64,000 bases of DNA, from NCBI GenBank assembly GCA_013239625.1, contig MU054098.1:124001-188000 (forward strand), read 5' to 3'. Source of the DNA: Lama guanicoe (lineage: Eukaryota). Positions 50,460 through 63,380 of this stretch are shown here, one piece after another (positions within the stretch are counted from its first letter, which is position 1; every line of letters starts with the position of its first letter). The notes beneath the pieces are model-generated. The model did not search any database, was not told the DNA's origin, and saw only the letters and a list, made by a program, of their open reading frames with translations. Made by a program: the position numbers and the translations under genes.

Positions 50460-51699
50460 TGAGAAACCATCTTCCTTCTTGCTCCATTTTGCTTTCTGAC
50501 ATCTTTGAATAATTATCATTTTCAGAACTTTGGACAAAGGGGAAAAACACCTTGGATCCAATATCAGTTCCTCATAGCACTGAACACCTGGTCACTCCAG
50601 AGTCTTGCTTCTCCTTTTCTCCCTGAGGACATAGGTATTGAAAAGAGAATTGTCTTGAGCTAACCTGTCTTACCCACCTGATATGTGGTTGCTAATGTGA
50701 TATAATTAGCAAGACAGATTGGGTATGATGTTGTGGTGGAGTGGCCACAGAATTTTGATTTATTCCACAGACCTTTTTGCTATTTTATTACTTTCCCCAC
50801 CCAGGTCCATTTTTTTAATTTGTGAGAAAAATGTTCAGAGTTAGGCTACAGTTCTACGGCTCTCCCATGTTAGCCATTTTCTATTCATTTTCAGTTTTTG
50901 ACTGTCATAAAGCCCAAGCTTTAAAGCACTGATATGAATCATTCCGAGTTGTTTTGCTCCTTAAGAAAATATAATGGCCAGACCTGCAAGTTGCCAGTCT
51001 GGTGATTAACATAATTCAACCAGCCAGGCTGTGATCCAGTTCATTGCTCAGCCACTGAACCCCAACAAAAAGCTAATTTCGTCAGTTATAGCAATCTTGT
51101 CTAAAGGTTTATAATTTGAGTAATGCTCTTTCAACAGACTAGTTTTCCAGAGCGCATCTGGAAAGTGTGTCTGGAAAATGAAGATACTATGGAAAACAGA
51201 GAAATAAAAGTAAGGAAAAGGGGGATCATCTTTAGATGTGTTCACCATGTTCTGTTTTTAGCATTTGACTACACAATCTGTTCAAGTCCAGATAAATTAT
51301 TGCTTCCCACAGGTCATCATTCTTTCCATTCATCTCAAAACCATTCATCACAATCTTCAAAGTGTGTTCTGACTTATGCTGCACTTTGAAAGGATACACC
51401 CAGATTGGAGATGAAATATTATCATCCACCAGGACTCCAAAAATTAAATATCTAGATTTTTTCATGGGTGCTCCCCAAGTCTGATTGCATACATTTATGC
51501 TCCTGCCACATGCCATCCCGTACCTTTGATATAAAACACCCCGTGATTCCCTTGCACAACTGGTTAATTCTTCAAGGTCCTTTCCAAGTCAAATCAAGTG
51601 TCACTTCTAGAATGTCTTCCTCTACCTCTCCCCATAGGCAGTAAAGGATTCAATAACAACTCCCACTTTGCAGGACTTCCTATAGCCAGAAAATATACT

Positions 51700-51900
51700 T
51701 TTTTGAAGTCAATATCCTTCATGACTATCTCAAGTCATTATTTAACTCTCACAACTACTCTATGACGTAGATGTTACCCAATCAACCAAAGAGGAAACTG
51801 CAACTTAACGAGGTTAAGTGACTCTTCAGGCTACACAGCCAGTACATAGCAGAGGCAAGATCTGAAACCAAGTTCTGTGATCTGTATTCTAAATCACTCT
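51700..51900 (-). mobile_element. MIR SINE
   Basis: ctcacaactactctatga...gaggaaactg...gaggttaagtgact. Confidence 0.7.
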
Positions 51901-54079
51901 AACATCGTTTCCCAAAGAGTGGCACAGAAACTAACCTCTGTTGCTATGAGAGATGATTTGAGATAGTGCAGAGCATCTTTACAGAATTTACTTTTTATTC
52001 ATTTTTGTGAAACATACAGAGAATAAGAAAACAAATGAATTCTCAGCATTTTGCCAAATTTGCTTCATACTTTGATTTTGAAGGAATAAAACATATATAG
52101 AGTCGAAGACCTCTTTGTTGCCCTCCCAGATCTCATTTCTCTCCAATCCTCCTCTGAGGTTACTACTATCCTGCATTTGGTGGTTATATTTCCTTTACAA
52201 GTTTTTAAACTACTGGTAAGATCATACTTATCAATAATCATTATGTAATATTGTTTTGCTTGTGTTCAAGCTTTATATAAATAGCACAGCATATGTGTTA
52301 TCTTGCGACTTGTTTTGTTCATTTAACATTTTGTTATTGATATTTATGATTCCCATGGTTTTTGTTCCTGCATTTTAAATACTGTAGGCCAATCCATTAT
52401 ATCAATATGTCAGATTTATTTATACATTCTTTTCTTGACTGACATATAAATTACTTTCAATGTCTGATATTACAAATAATGCTACATTTATCATTAGTGT
52501 ACATGTCTCCTTGTGTAGATGTGTTAGGTTTTCTCTGGGATACAAGCCAAAAGGCAGAATTGCTAGGTCATAGGTTACATGCATCTTCAACTTTAAAAAA
52601 TATTACAAAGTTGCTCACCAAAATGTATCAATTTACACATCCATCAGCAGTTTATAAGAATTCCCATTTCTCGAAATCATCAACAGACATCTTAGCGTTT
52701 GCCAACCTTGTGAGTAGGAAATTTTATTTCATAGGGTTTTTTTTTTATTTGCATTTCCTGACATTAGTAAGGTTGAAGATCCTTTCATAGATTTATTGGC
52801 CATCTGGATTTCTTCTTTTGTGACTTGCCCATTTTCCCTTTTAGATATTATTTTTAAAACTTAAGTCTAGTAAAAAATCATTCTTCTTGATGTACAGTTT
52901 TATGAGTTTTGACAAGTGCATGGAGTTGCACAATCAGCACCAAACCAAGATATAGGACATGATGCCACTTTATAGTCAATCCCTCCCTGTATCCACAATC
53001 CCTGGAAACTTATCTCCCATACCAATAGTTTTGTCTTATCCAGAAGGTCATATAAATGAAAGTATACACTATGTAGACTTTTGATGTCTGCTTCTTTCAC
53101 TAAGCATAATGTGTTTAAGATTCATTCACATTATGCATTTGAGCATTTTGTCCTTTTTTGTTGCTGAGTGGCATTCCATTAGATGAACGTACTACAGTGT
53201 GTTTATCCATTCACTAGTTGAAGGATTGTTTCTAAACGCTGGCAATTATGAATAACGCTGCTATGAAACTTTCCATGTAGGTTTTGTGAGGCATATGTCT
53301 TCATTTCTTGTGGGGAAATACCTAAGGGTGGGATTGCTGGGTCATATGGTAAGTATGTGTTTATAGGAAACTGCCAAATTGTTTTCCAGAGTGGCTGTGC
53401 CATTTTTCATTCTCACTAGCAATGTGAGTTTCAGTTGCTCAACATCCTCACCAGCAGTTGGTAATATCAGATTTTTTAAGTTGGCCATTAGGACATAGAG
53501 GTATTCCACTGTGGTTTTAATTTGCACTTAACTAATTACTAATGATGTTGTGATGTTGAGAATCTTTTCATGTGCATATTTGTTATCCATATATCTTCTT
53601 TGGTGAAGTGTCTGTTCAAATCTTATCCATTTAAAAAATTGGGTTGCTTGTTTCCTTACTGTTGATAAAATAATATTGTTAATACAAGTCTTTAATCAGA
53701 AATGCAATTTGCAAACATTTTCTCCCAGTCCGTGGCTTTTTTTCTCATTAATAGTCATTCAAAGAGCAGAAGTTTTTAATTTTGATGACGTCCAACTTGT
53801 CAATATTTCTTTTTATGGATGGTGTTTTTGGTGTCATACCTAAGAAACCTTTGCCTTTCCCAAGGTCAAAAAGATTTTCTCCAATCTTTTCTTCTAGAAA
53901 TTTTATAATTTTAGGATTTATATTTCAGTCATTATTCTCATTTGAGTTCACTTTTCATAGGGTGAGAGATATGGATCATGATCCTGCTTTTTCACATAGT
54001 GATATATCAGTATCCAATTGTTCCAGACTACCCTTTCACCACTGAATCAGTTTTGCACCTTGTCAAAAATCAATTGATC

Positions 54080-54720
54080 ACCCATCTTTTAGAATGTCTA
54101 AAATTAAAAACACCCATCATACCAAATGTTGAAGGGGATGTTGAGCAACTGGAACTCTCCTACATTATAAAAAGTTAAACACATACTATCCATATTACCT
54201 AGCCATTCTACTCAATATATTTACCCAAGGGAAATGAAAATGTATGTTCATACGAATACTTGCACACAAATGTTTGTGTCAAATTTATTTGTAGTAGCTC
54301 CAAACAAGAAATAACTCAAATATCCATCAAGAGGTGAATTATGGTATAGCCACACAATGGAATTCTCAGCAATATCAAAGAATGAACACTGAATATACAC
54401 ACCATCATGAATGAATCTCAAAATACTTATGTAAATAAAAGAAGCAAGACCAATTCAGAATATATACTGTATGATTCCATTTATCTAAAATTTTATAAAA
54501 TTAAGACAGAAAGTAGATCTAGTGGTTGGCTGGGGACAGGAGTGCAGAATGGGGAGAAATAGAAGGACAAAAGGGTAAAAGAAAACTTTTTGCAGTGATG
54601 GAAATGTCATTATCTTCATTGTGCTATTGGTTTCATTTTATACATATATGTGAAATCTTATCAAACTGCACGCTTCAAACATATGCGGTTTATTGTATGT
54701 CAATTACACCTCAATTAAGG
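54080..54720 (+). mobile_element. Old L1 (L1MC/MD-like) 3' part inserted in opposite orientation
   Basis: ataccaaatgttg...gagcaactggaactctc...atactgtatgattccatttat...tcaattacacctcaat. TSD aaaaat(c/a)aattgatc at 54065-54079 and 55223-55237. Confidence 0.85.
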
Positions 54721-54722
54721 TA

Positions 54723-55215
54723 CAGCCATAACTTGTTTTATTGCACTTCACTTTATTGGGCTTCACAGATAATTGTGTTTTTTTTTACAAATTGAAGGTT
54801 TGTGGCAACACTGTGTCAAGCAAGTCTATTGGAGCCAATTTTCCAACAGCAATTGTTCACTTTGTGTCTCTGTGTCACATTTTGGTAGTACTTGCAATAT
54901 TTTAAACTTTTTCATCATTATTATATTTCTTATAGTGATCTGTGATCTTTGACATTACTACTGCGAAAAGATTATGACTCAATGAAGGCTCAGATGATGT
55001 TAGCAATTTTTAGCAACAAAGAATTTTAAAATTAAGGTACATCCGTTGTTTTTTCAGACATAATGCTATTGCATGCTTGATAGACTATAAACAGTGAAAA
55101 TATAACTCTTATGTGCACTAGGAAACCCCAAAATTCATATGATTCATTTTATTGTGATATTTGATTTCTTGCAATGGTCTGGGACTGAACCTGCAATATC
55201 TCTGTAGAATGCTTG
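54723..55215. mobile_element. Internally deleted Tigger1 (Tigger1a-type MITE)
   Basis: TA target duplications at 54721-54722 and 55216-55217. Both Tigger1 ends present (ttttattgcacttcactttatt...tacaaattgaaggtttgtggcaac and gaacctgcaatatctctg). Confidence 0.9.
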
Positions 55216-56329
55216 TATTAAAAAAAATAAATTGATCTAATATTTGTTGATTTGTGGACTCTTTATTATGATTCATAGACCTATGTGGCTATTCTTATGC
55301 AAACTGCCTTAATTAATGTATTTTTACAGTAAGTCTTGAAAGTCTGAAGTGGTAGTCCTCCAACTTTGTTCTTCCTTTTCAAAATTGTTTTGGGTATTCA
55401 GCTCCTTTGCCTTTAAGTATAATATTTAGAATCAGCTCATGGATAATTATCAAAAAAATCTACTGAGACTTTGATTAGTATTGTGCTGAATCTAGATCAG
55501 TTTGGGTAGTATTGACATTTTGATAATATTGAGTATTGCAATCCATGAATATAGTATAGCCCTCCATTTACTCAGGAATCCTTTGATTTTTTTCCACCAG
55601 TATTTTATAGATAGCAGCATATAGATCCTGCACATAGTTTTTAGGTTTGCATCTCAGTATTTAATTTTCTTGGTGTTATCATAAATGGTACTATTTAAAA
55701 AAATTTTTGAACCCAATTATTTATTGCTGTTACATAGAAAAATAGAAAAATCTTGTCTATTGACCTTAAATACTACAAATATACTAAATTCCCTTATTCT
55801 AGAAACTTTTTTGTAGATTCTTTGGGATTTTCTATGTAAGACAATCATGTCTTCTGTGAAAAGAGACAATTTTATTTACTCCTTTCTAATCTGTGTACTT
55901 TTTTCTTGCTTCACTGCATTGGCTAGGACTACTACTCTGATGTTCAATCACATTGGTAACAGGAGACATCCTTGATTTACTTCCAATCTTAGGAGGAAAA
56001 GATTCAGTCTCTCACCTTTATGTGTTCCCTCCTAAAATGAGTTATCAAGTATTCCCTTTAATTTTATTTTCTGTAAGAGATTTTACAGAATTGACGTTAT
56101 TTTTCTTTACATATCTGTTAGAATTCATCATTGACACCACCTGGCCCTGGAGTTTTCTTTATTGGAAAATTTTAAACTACAAATAAAGTTTCCTTAATAT
56201 ATATAGGAATATTCAGGTTTATCTATTTCTTCTTAAGCTCAAGAAAAAACTTTATTTGTAGTTTAAAATTTTCCAATAAATTTCCTTTCACTTTCAGGGA
56301 AGATGTAGAGGTTAATAATGTCTTTTATT

Positions 56330-56720
56330 ATGCATTTATGGCTCTAGGTACTATGGTAGGCATGTTACATCCATTGTTCCTTTTCATTTTCACAGTCACC
56401 CTTAAGAAATAAATACAATTATCTTCATTTTACCTAGGAAGAAACACAGCCTTAGAGAGGTTAAATTAAAAAATATATATATATATTTTTTTTGTAGGGG
56501 GAGGTCATTAGGTCTATTTATTTATTTATTATTAGTTTTTTTTTAAATGGAGGTACTGCGGATTGAACCCAGGACCTTGTGCATGCTAAGAATGTGCTCT
56601 ACCATTTGAGCTATACCCTCCCCCTCTGAGAGGTTAAATTTTAATATATTATCCAAAGAATAATGGAAAGCTGGTACTCAAACCTTGCTCAGGCCGACTT
56701 CAAAGGCAGGATTTTAATGA
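56330..56720 (-). mobile_element. MIR SINE interrupted by a camelid SINE
   Basis: attatcttcattttacctaggaagaaac...agagaggttaaatt core, resuming after 56640. Confidence 0.65.
56468..56624 (-). mobile_element. Camelid tRNA-derived SINE (Vic-1 type), long form
   Basis: Reverse ggggagggtatagctcaaatggtagagcacattcttagcatgcacaaggtcctgggttcaatccgcagtacctcc plus tail. TSD gagaggttaaatt at 56455-56467 and 56628-56640. Confidence 0.92.
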
Positions 56721-57084
56721 AATGACAACACTGAGGCATTCTTAAGTACCTTTTGTAGGAAGCCTTAATTATTGGCAGTTTCCTCTTTAGGTCCTTATTT
56801 GCTTCTTTCTGTTAACTCTGAGTATCTTCAAATCTGAGTCAGCATCCTCTTAGGGATGACCATAACTTCTGATTTACCTGATCAGCTTTATTTCTACTGC
56901 CCACTGACCTTCCCTTTCAATCTCTAGTCTTCCCATCAGTGAAGAAGCTCTAACTACCTGCACAGTAATTGGCAGTAAATCATTCTTAAGTAAATTTTCC
57001 TCACAGTGGGCAGGATCCAGGTTTTTACGATTAAAACCAAAGGATGTCAGCAAGTCAGATTTTATTTTCGTTTAAAATCTCTCT

Positions 57085-57790
57085 CTACATTTTAAAAGTT
57101 ATTTTGGAATAACGATACTTTGACAGGAAGTTGAAGAAAATGTACAGGGTGGTCTTGTGTACCTTTTGCCCAGTATCTTCCAGTGGTCCGGTCCTGTATA
57201 ACTGTACTACAATATTAAGCCAGGAAATTGGTAATGGTACAATCCAGACATTACTCAGATTTTACCAATTTTCCATGCATTCATTTGTGTGTGTATGCAT
57301 ATGTATGTGTGTACGCACTCATGTGTGTGTGCCATACTATATAACTTTATCACACATATAGATCTGCATGACCACCACTACAGTCAAGATACAGAACTGT
57401 TCCCCGAGTTCCCTGGGGTACCCTCTATAATCATATCCATCACTTCCTAAGCCCTATCCATCACTGATCTGTTCTGTGTTTCTAATTCTGTTATCTCAAT
57501 ATTATTTAAATGGATTCATACAGCATGTAACCTTTTGGATTTGCTTTTTTTCACTCAGCATAATTCCCTGGAGATCCATCCAGGTTGTTGCCTGTATCAG
57601 TACTTCATTCCTTTTCATCACTGACTGTCATCTCGTGGTACGCAGGCACCACACTATACCATTCACCTGTTAAGGGACATCTAGGTTGTTCCCAGTTTTT
57701 AGCTTTTATGAAGAAAGCTGCTATGAATATTAGTGCACAGGTTTTTGTGTGAACATAAGTTTTCATTTCTCTGGGGAAAAATGAGCTCAA
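57085..57790 (-). mobile_element. Old L1 (L1MC/MD-like) 3' end
   Basis: tcactcagcataattccctggagatccatccaggttgttg...gctgctatgaatatt...gtgtgaacataagttttcatttctctggg. Confidence 0.85.
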
Positions 57791-58139
57791 CTGGGTTTCT
57801 TTTTTTATACATAAGCATTGAAACAGCAAATATTTTTCTAAAATGCTTCAAATAAACACATTTTTTTCTCCTTTAGTCTATTAGTATGGAGAATTACACT
57901 GATACATTTTCTGCTTCTAACTCTAATAGAAAGGCAGGTTGCATCTATATTACGTCATTGAATAAGGAATTTGTGCTTTACAAAACAATGTGAAACAATA
58001 ATATTTATAAAGAAAAGTAATATTTTTATATAGAGTAATCTGGCCAAGAATACAGGATGAATTGAAGTGGGGAGAGACATAAAATAGATGATGGGGCCCG
58101 GTGGGAAAAAAAAAAGAATCCTCTTATAATGAGAAGATT

Positions 58140-58330
58140 GGGGGCATGAGAACTAGGAGATTCCTATTCTAATCCCATTTCTGCCACTAAACTAGTTCTA
58201 TATGCAACCTTCAGCAAGTCGTTTAACTTTTCTTGACTTCTGTTATCTCACCTGTATGTAAAAGGAGTGATTTGGCCTAGATCTGTAACATTGTTATTGT
58301 TTTTAAATGTGCAATTCTATAATTCTAAAC
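58140..58330 (+). mobile_element. MIR SINE
   Basis: ttctaatcccatttctgccactaa...caagtcgtttaact...tctcacctgta. Confidence 0.65.
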
Positions 58331-59619
58331 AATGAGGGAATGGTCAGGTTTTTTTTTTCCAGTGGAAAGAAAAACAGATCCATCTGATAGAGGCACCTCT
58401 ATTTGGCTCAGCCACCGATTTAATGTAGAGCACAAGAGGAGGTGTCAAGAAGACTCCCAAACTTCAAGCTAAGTGAGAGAAAAGGCAATGCTATTAGTTT
58501 GATGGACATGGAACTCAGCAAGATAAGCTCATTTTGGTGGAAGAACTTGGTAAATTTACTTTTGGGTATGTTTTGTCTGTGGACAGGTAGGTGTGTTACA
58601 CAACTCAAAGAGGTAACGTTTATATGGTAGTCTAAGTAAATGGACCCCCTCACTCCAGAAATTGTACAGTACACAGCCTGCACAGCCATACATGACGGTC
58701 TTGACTCTGGACATCTAGGTGGAAATGCCCAAAAGACAACTGGGTAGGAGTCTAGTATTTGGGAAGGAGGATGCCTGAGAAATGTTGGCTTGGAGTTAAG
58801 TGGTTAGAGGTGGATAATACATGGACACTGTACACTGAGAAAGAAATGCATGCTGTGAATAGAACCAAACATGTAGCTGTAATCAAATGTATCATTCAGT
58901 TGGATTCTTTCAATATACCTATACTCAAATACTACAGTCATTGTTGTGTAGTAGTTGGGCTATTCTGTTTCATTCTGTGCATAATATTGCATAAAAATAA
59001 TCTGTACTGAATCTTTTAGAGCCAAATTATAGATTCCTTACTTCTCTATCATATGATTCTAAAATTAGCAAGAAGTAATCCATCCATGAATCAAGCATTT
59101 GGTTGAAAATGAAAAAAAGAAATTTATTGTCCAACAGATGCATCCAAAGTTTTATTCTTACAAAGAGAGATTAGGTTATAAAAATGGGCAAAAATTCAGA
59201 GGTCCTTATCTTCTTCAGATAAATGAAGAACTTGTATTTATTCTTATGTGCTCAGTCTGCACATTGCACCATGAATCTTTCTGGTTGATGGTTAGTCTGT
59301 TTTTAAAAACTTTTATCTCTAGGGAGGATGCCAGACTGAGACTGAATTATGAGACATAAAATGGAAATTTACTATTGAGGGGACCACCTGTGTTACTTGT
59401 GAGTTAATTCAACTGATCCTTGTGAACTCTTGCTAGGGAATACATGGTGTGACTAAGTAACTTAACAAAACAGATATTTCTGAACCTATGTTTTCTAATG
59501 AGTCTTAACCTTCAAAGTCAAAGTGTGATTCTCTTGGGAGATAGGTTTACCTATTTACCCATTCATTCATAAAATCTTTAGGTACTGAGCTGGTGTATGA
59601 ACCAGGCAAGGAAATAAAT

Positions 59620-59915
59620 ATGCTGTGTTATAAACATTACTTATTTCTGATCAAATTGTATTACCCAGCTTCATCACATTTAAATTAATAAAATGAGTTT
59701 CGTCAGTTTCCAAAAATCAGTCCCTCTCAAAGCACTATCATTTACCACTATCAAGGAGAATCAAAACAATGACCCACAGTCTGTGAAAACATTCTTAAAG
59801 ACAAGTTCCACAAAATTTTGAAATAATAAAAGTATAGTAGAGTTGGCCAAGATGACTGCTTTGAAGGACTGTTATATTTATGAATAAATTCAGTCTCATT
59901 ATTTGATTGCAAAAG
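59620..59915 (+). mobile_element. Ancient mariner fossil (MARNA-like)
   Basis: gtttccaaaaatca...ctcaaag...aagttccacaaaattttga...ccaagatgactgctttgaagga...tcagtctcatta resembles the decayed 3' end of a mariner transposase (..QGDYFEG..). Confidence 0.55.
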
Positions 59916-60019
59916 TCGTACGGTTTTGTGGAAAGAACATGGATTTTGTATCAGGCATATCTGACTTCAATGATTGCTTTTATCTCTTAAACAGATGTCT
60001 GACCATAAGCCACTTGTTT

Positions 60020-60721
60020 TTTAATTTTTTTCAAGTTTTTTCATTTTTTTAATTGTGGTAAAATACATAAGAAAATTTACTATCTAGTTCAGAGTTACTA
60101 AGTACATTTACATTGAGCAACCATCACCACCATCCATCTCTAGAACTCTTTTCATCTTGCAAAACTGAGACTGTATACCAACTAAATAATAACTCCCATG
60201 ACTTCCCTTACCCCAGCCTCTGGTAATCATCATTCTATTCTTTGTTAGTATGAGTTTGCCTTTTCCCCCCTTAGATTCTACATAAAATTGAGACCATGCA
60301 ATATTTGTCTTTCTGTGTCTGTCTTATTTCACTTAGCATAATGTCCTCCAGGTTCATCATGTTGTTGCAAATGGCAGGATTTCCTTCTTTAAGGGTGAAT
60401 AATATGACATTGTATGTGTATATATGTGTGTATGTATATGTGTGCGTATATATATATGTCATGCTTTCTTTATCCATTTATTCATCAATGGACATTTAGG
60501 TTGTTTCTATGTGTTGGCTAATGTGAATAATGCTGCAATGAACGTGAGAGGGCAGATTATCTCTGAGATACTGCTTTTATTTCCTTTGGATACACTCAGA
60601 AGTGGGATTGCTGGGTCCTATGATTGCCCTACTTTTAATTTTTGAGGAAGCTCCATACTGTTTTCCATAGTGGCTGTATTAATTTACATTCCCACCAACA
60701 GTGCACGAGGGTTCACACGGA
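60020..60721 (-). mobile_element. L1 (L1MA-like) 3' part inserted in a MIR
   Basis: aattgtggtaaaatacat...cttatttcacttagcataatgtcctccaggttcat...tttacattcccaccaacagtg. TSD ccacttgttt at 60010-60019 and 60722-60731. MIR halves lie at about 59920-60010 and 60730-60835. Confidence 0.9.
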
Positions 60722-61339
60722 CCACTTGTTTATCATCTCTAACACTGTTTTATCATCTGATAAAATGGCGATGATAACATCTATATCATAAATGTTTTAT
60801 GAGATTCAAATAAAAGTATTTAGCATAGCGCTAAACATGCACCATTTGAAAACCGGATGATTCCGAGGCAGTCCTATTAGAGAGTGTGTTCCTGGAGAGC
60901 TCCCACTGATGCCAAGAGCAGCTTCCTTTAAGAAAGTTAGAAGCCCTGACAAGGCGAGAATTATCACACAGTAACTCAGGCCTCATGAATGGTTCTTGGG
61001 AATGATGACGGTTAAGTGTCACCCACTAGGTAAAAATCAGTCCCTAGTAGTGCGGCAAGTGAAAAACTTAGTCTCATTCCGTATTTAATTCCAAAATGGT
61101 GTTTTAAAGAAATATTTATATTTCTAATGAAGACAGGTGCTGTCTAAATTTTGTTCACTGAATTATCACGTAATGAGGTCATTGCTTAGAAGTCTGATTT
61201 GTGGGTCAGTTCCTCCTGCCTGCTTTATAGTGATGAACAGCCCTTGAAGTGTTCCTCCTGGCACTGCCCTTCCTCATTTTTAATGTCTTATACAATCACT
61301 CATCTTGTATATGAATTTGATCCTAATTACGTGGTCAGC

Positions 61340-61510
61340 CCAAGCCTATATAACATTAAGAAAGCTTTTCATCCTCCCTAAGCCTCAGTATCCTCAACTG
61401 TAAAATGTACTCATTTGCTTCACAGGGTTGTTGGGTGATCAAATTACATAACATCTGTAAAGTATCTAGCACATGGCATGTACTTAATGTATGATGGCTT
61501 TTACTATTCT
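61340..61510 (+). mobile_element. MIR SINE
   Basis: agcctcagtatcctcaactgtaaaatg...cacagggttgttg...tgtaaagtatctagcaca. Confidence 0.75.
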
Positions 61511-62049
61511 TATTGGGTATAACAACACGTTCCTTTTTTTTTTTTTTAGAGCGGCTTTAGTTTTAATTCCAAAACCTGTAAACAACTCGAATGGCTCTCA
61601 AGTGTAAACGGTTAAATAAACCATTCATTTACACAATGAATACGATGGAATAGTCCTAAAGAAACAAACCATATATCCATACAATGGAAACCATGGAAAC
61701 ACAACTTGTTTTTAAAAGGAAGATGAAGGGTGTTAGAAACTGGATACCACTCACTGGCATTAATGAATGTGGATTTCATAAAGTTGGCACATAAGACTAG
61801 CAGTGTGTCTCATCCAGAAGATGACTAGTAGACTTGAGCTTGAGATACGGCAGAAAAGGCTCATAGAAGGAGGCAGGAAGGATATTAATCATAGGTAAAT
61901 GAAGAAAAGCCATTTGATTCCCAGCAAATCATGACTTTCTCTTCAAGCCATGGTGGGCCACATTAAACGTACCCTGCAAGTGGACACTTTGCAATGCCTT
62001 CCATGGCGCCCTCCCCCCACTCCTTTACAGACACATTGACTGCTGTTTT

Positions 62050-62390
62050 TAGACATCCTGCTCCCAACTCCGGGAGTGTTCACCTGCTGCTCTCTTCACC
62101 TGAAACTGTCTTCTCTGGGATACCGTGTGACTTGCACCCTCACTTTCTCAGATCTTTCCTTAAATGTCACCTTTGTGGTGCTGTTTTCCCTAATCACCCA
62201 ATTTAAACGAGCCCCGAGCACTCCTTTCTCTGCTTTCTTGTTTGTGTTATTTTCTTGCTATCACTTTTCACCATCTGACATACTAATATCAACTCCAGGA
62301 GGGCAGGGTTTTTACCTTCACTGTTCAGTTCCACAACCTCAGTGTTCAAACGATACCTGGCATATCGTAGGTGTTCAAAATTTTTTCTTC
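62050..62390 (+). mobile_element. L2 3' portion
   Basis: taaatgtcacct...aactccaggagggcaggg...tacctggcatatcgtaggtgttcaaaa. Confidence 0.75.
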
Positions 62391-63288
62391 AAAGAGCAAC
62401 TGACTTTAACTGAATGTCAGTTCATTCACATGCCCAGGATCAGTGATCAGAGAAATTACAATGAAAGGGTTGGGGCAGAGAAATGAATGTGAAGGGAGGG
62501 CTGAGGCAAAGACTCCCACCCACAGAGCTCCTTCCTCTCCGTGTTATCCTGGAGATCTGTTGATCAGGGCTACAGATCCATGGAAATATGAAAAGGAGCA
62601 ATTCATTTCCAGTTACAAGAAGCAAAATCAGGGAGTCTGGGCCACATCTGAGATCACTTTTGCTTTGGCTTACTCTCAAAGTAGATCCGCAGTCCAAAGG
62701 ATACAGATACAGAGAAAGATACCAGGGTTGACTTTTCTGCCCACGGTCTTCCTTACATCTCTCAGAGGCATACCCTAAGTTCCATAAACTAGGCACCCCA
62801 CACAGACGGAAATACCTACCAGGTTAGGGGAGGTGTGAACTTTGAACTTGCTGTGTTTTACACTTTCTCTGCCCCCATATTCAGCACCCAGAGATAGCTT
62901 ATGCTGCTATAGAAGGCAGTCATTCGTCTATTCAGGAAGTCACATCACCCAGGGCCCATTTCTGTGGGGCCTTGAAGTCCTTGCTGTGCCTGCACTGGGA
63001 CAATCCCTGCTTTTCTGTGCCTTTACTACAGGATTTAGAGGAGTTTTCCATTTTTGTCCTCACTAGGGCCTCCTTTGGTCATGTCCAGCCGTGGCAAATC
63101 ACACCAGTCACAGCCGATGTGTGATATCATATTGGCAAGAGCAACAGAAGAAAGGCAACATGGATTCAAAATATATGAAGAGTATGCTTAAGAGGCAGGA
63201 TCCAACAGTGGTGAAACAAAGCAGAAAGCTATAAACTTGGTGGCTCAAGTGAGAAGTGTCTCTATGTGAGATAAAAAGGTGAAAGATG

Positions 63289-63380
63289 GGGTGGGGGTAT
63301 AGCTCAGTGGTAGAGCGTGTGCTTACCATGCACAAGGTCCTGGGTTCAAACCCTAGTACCTTCATTGAAAAAAAAAAAAG
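63289..63380 (+). mobile_element. Camelid tRNA-derived SINE (Vic-1 type), short form
   Basis: gggtatagctcagtggtagagcgtgtgcttaccatgcacaaggtcctgggttcaaaccctagtacc plus poly(A). Perfect 15-bp TSD aaaaggtgaaagatg at 63274-63288 and 63381-63395. Confidence 0.95.

Larger units (their letters stand above)
52100..56240 (-). mobile_element. Cluster of old minus-strand L1 (L1ME- and L1MC/MD-like) interrupted at 54080-55222
   Basis: Reverse L1 ORF2 and 3' UTR motifs throughout (ggattgctgggtcatatggtaag, tttgcaaacattttctcccag, tcctccaactttgttcttc, tagattctttgggattttctatg). Confidence 0.85.

Noticed and set aside
62076..62796. Longest ORFs in the track (136, 118 and 111 aa)
   Set aside because: They partly overlap an L2 remnant, several have non-ATG starts, and none resembles a protein I recognise.
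63289..63365. tRNA-like sequences (also at 6530, 8619 and 56468) as tRNA genes
   Set aside because: They carry A-rich tails, TSDs and stem mismatches, so they are tRNA-derived SINEs.
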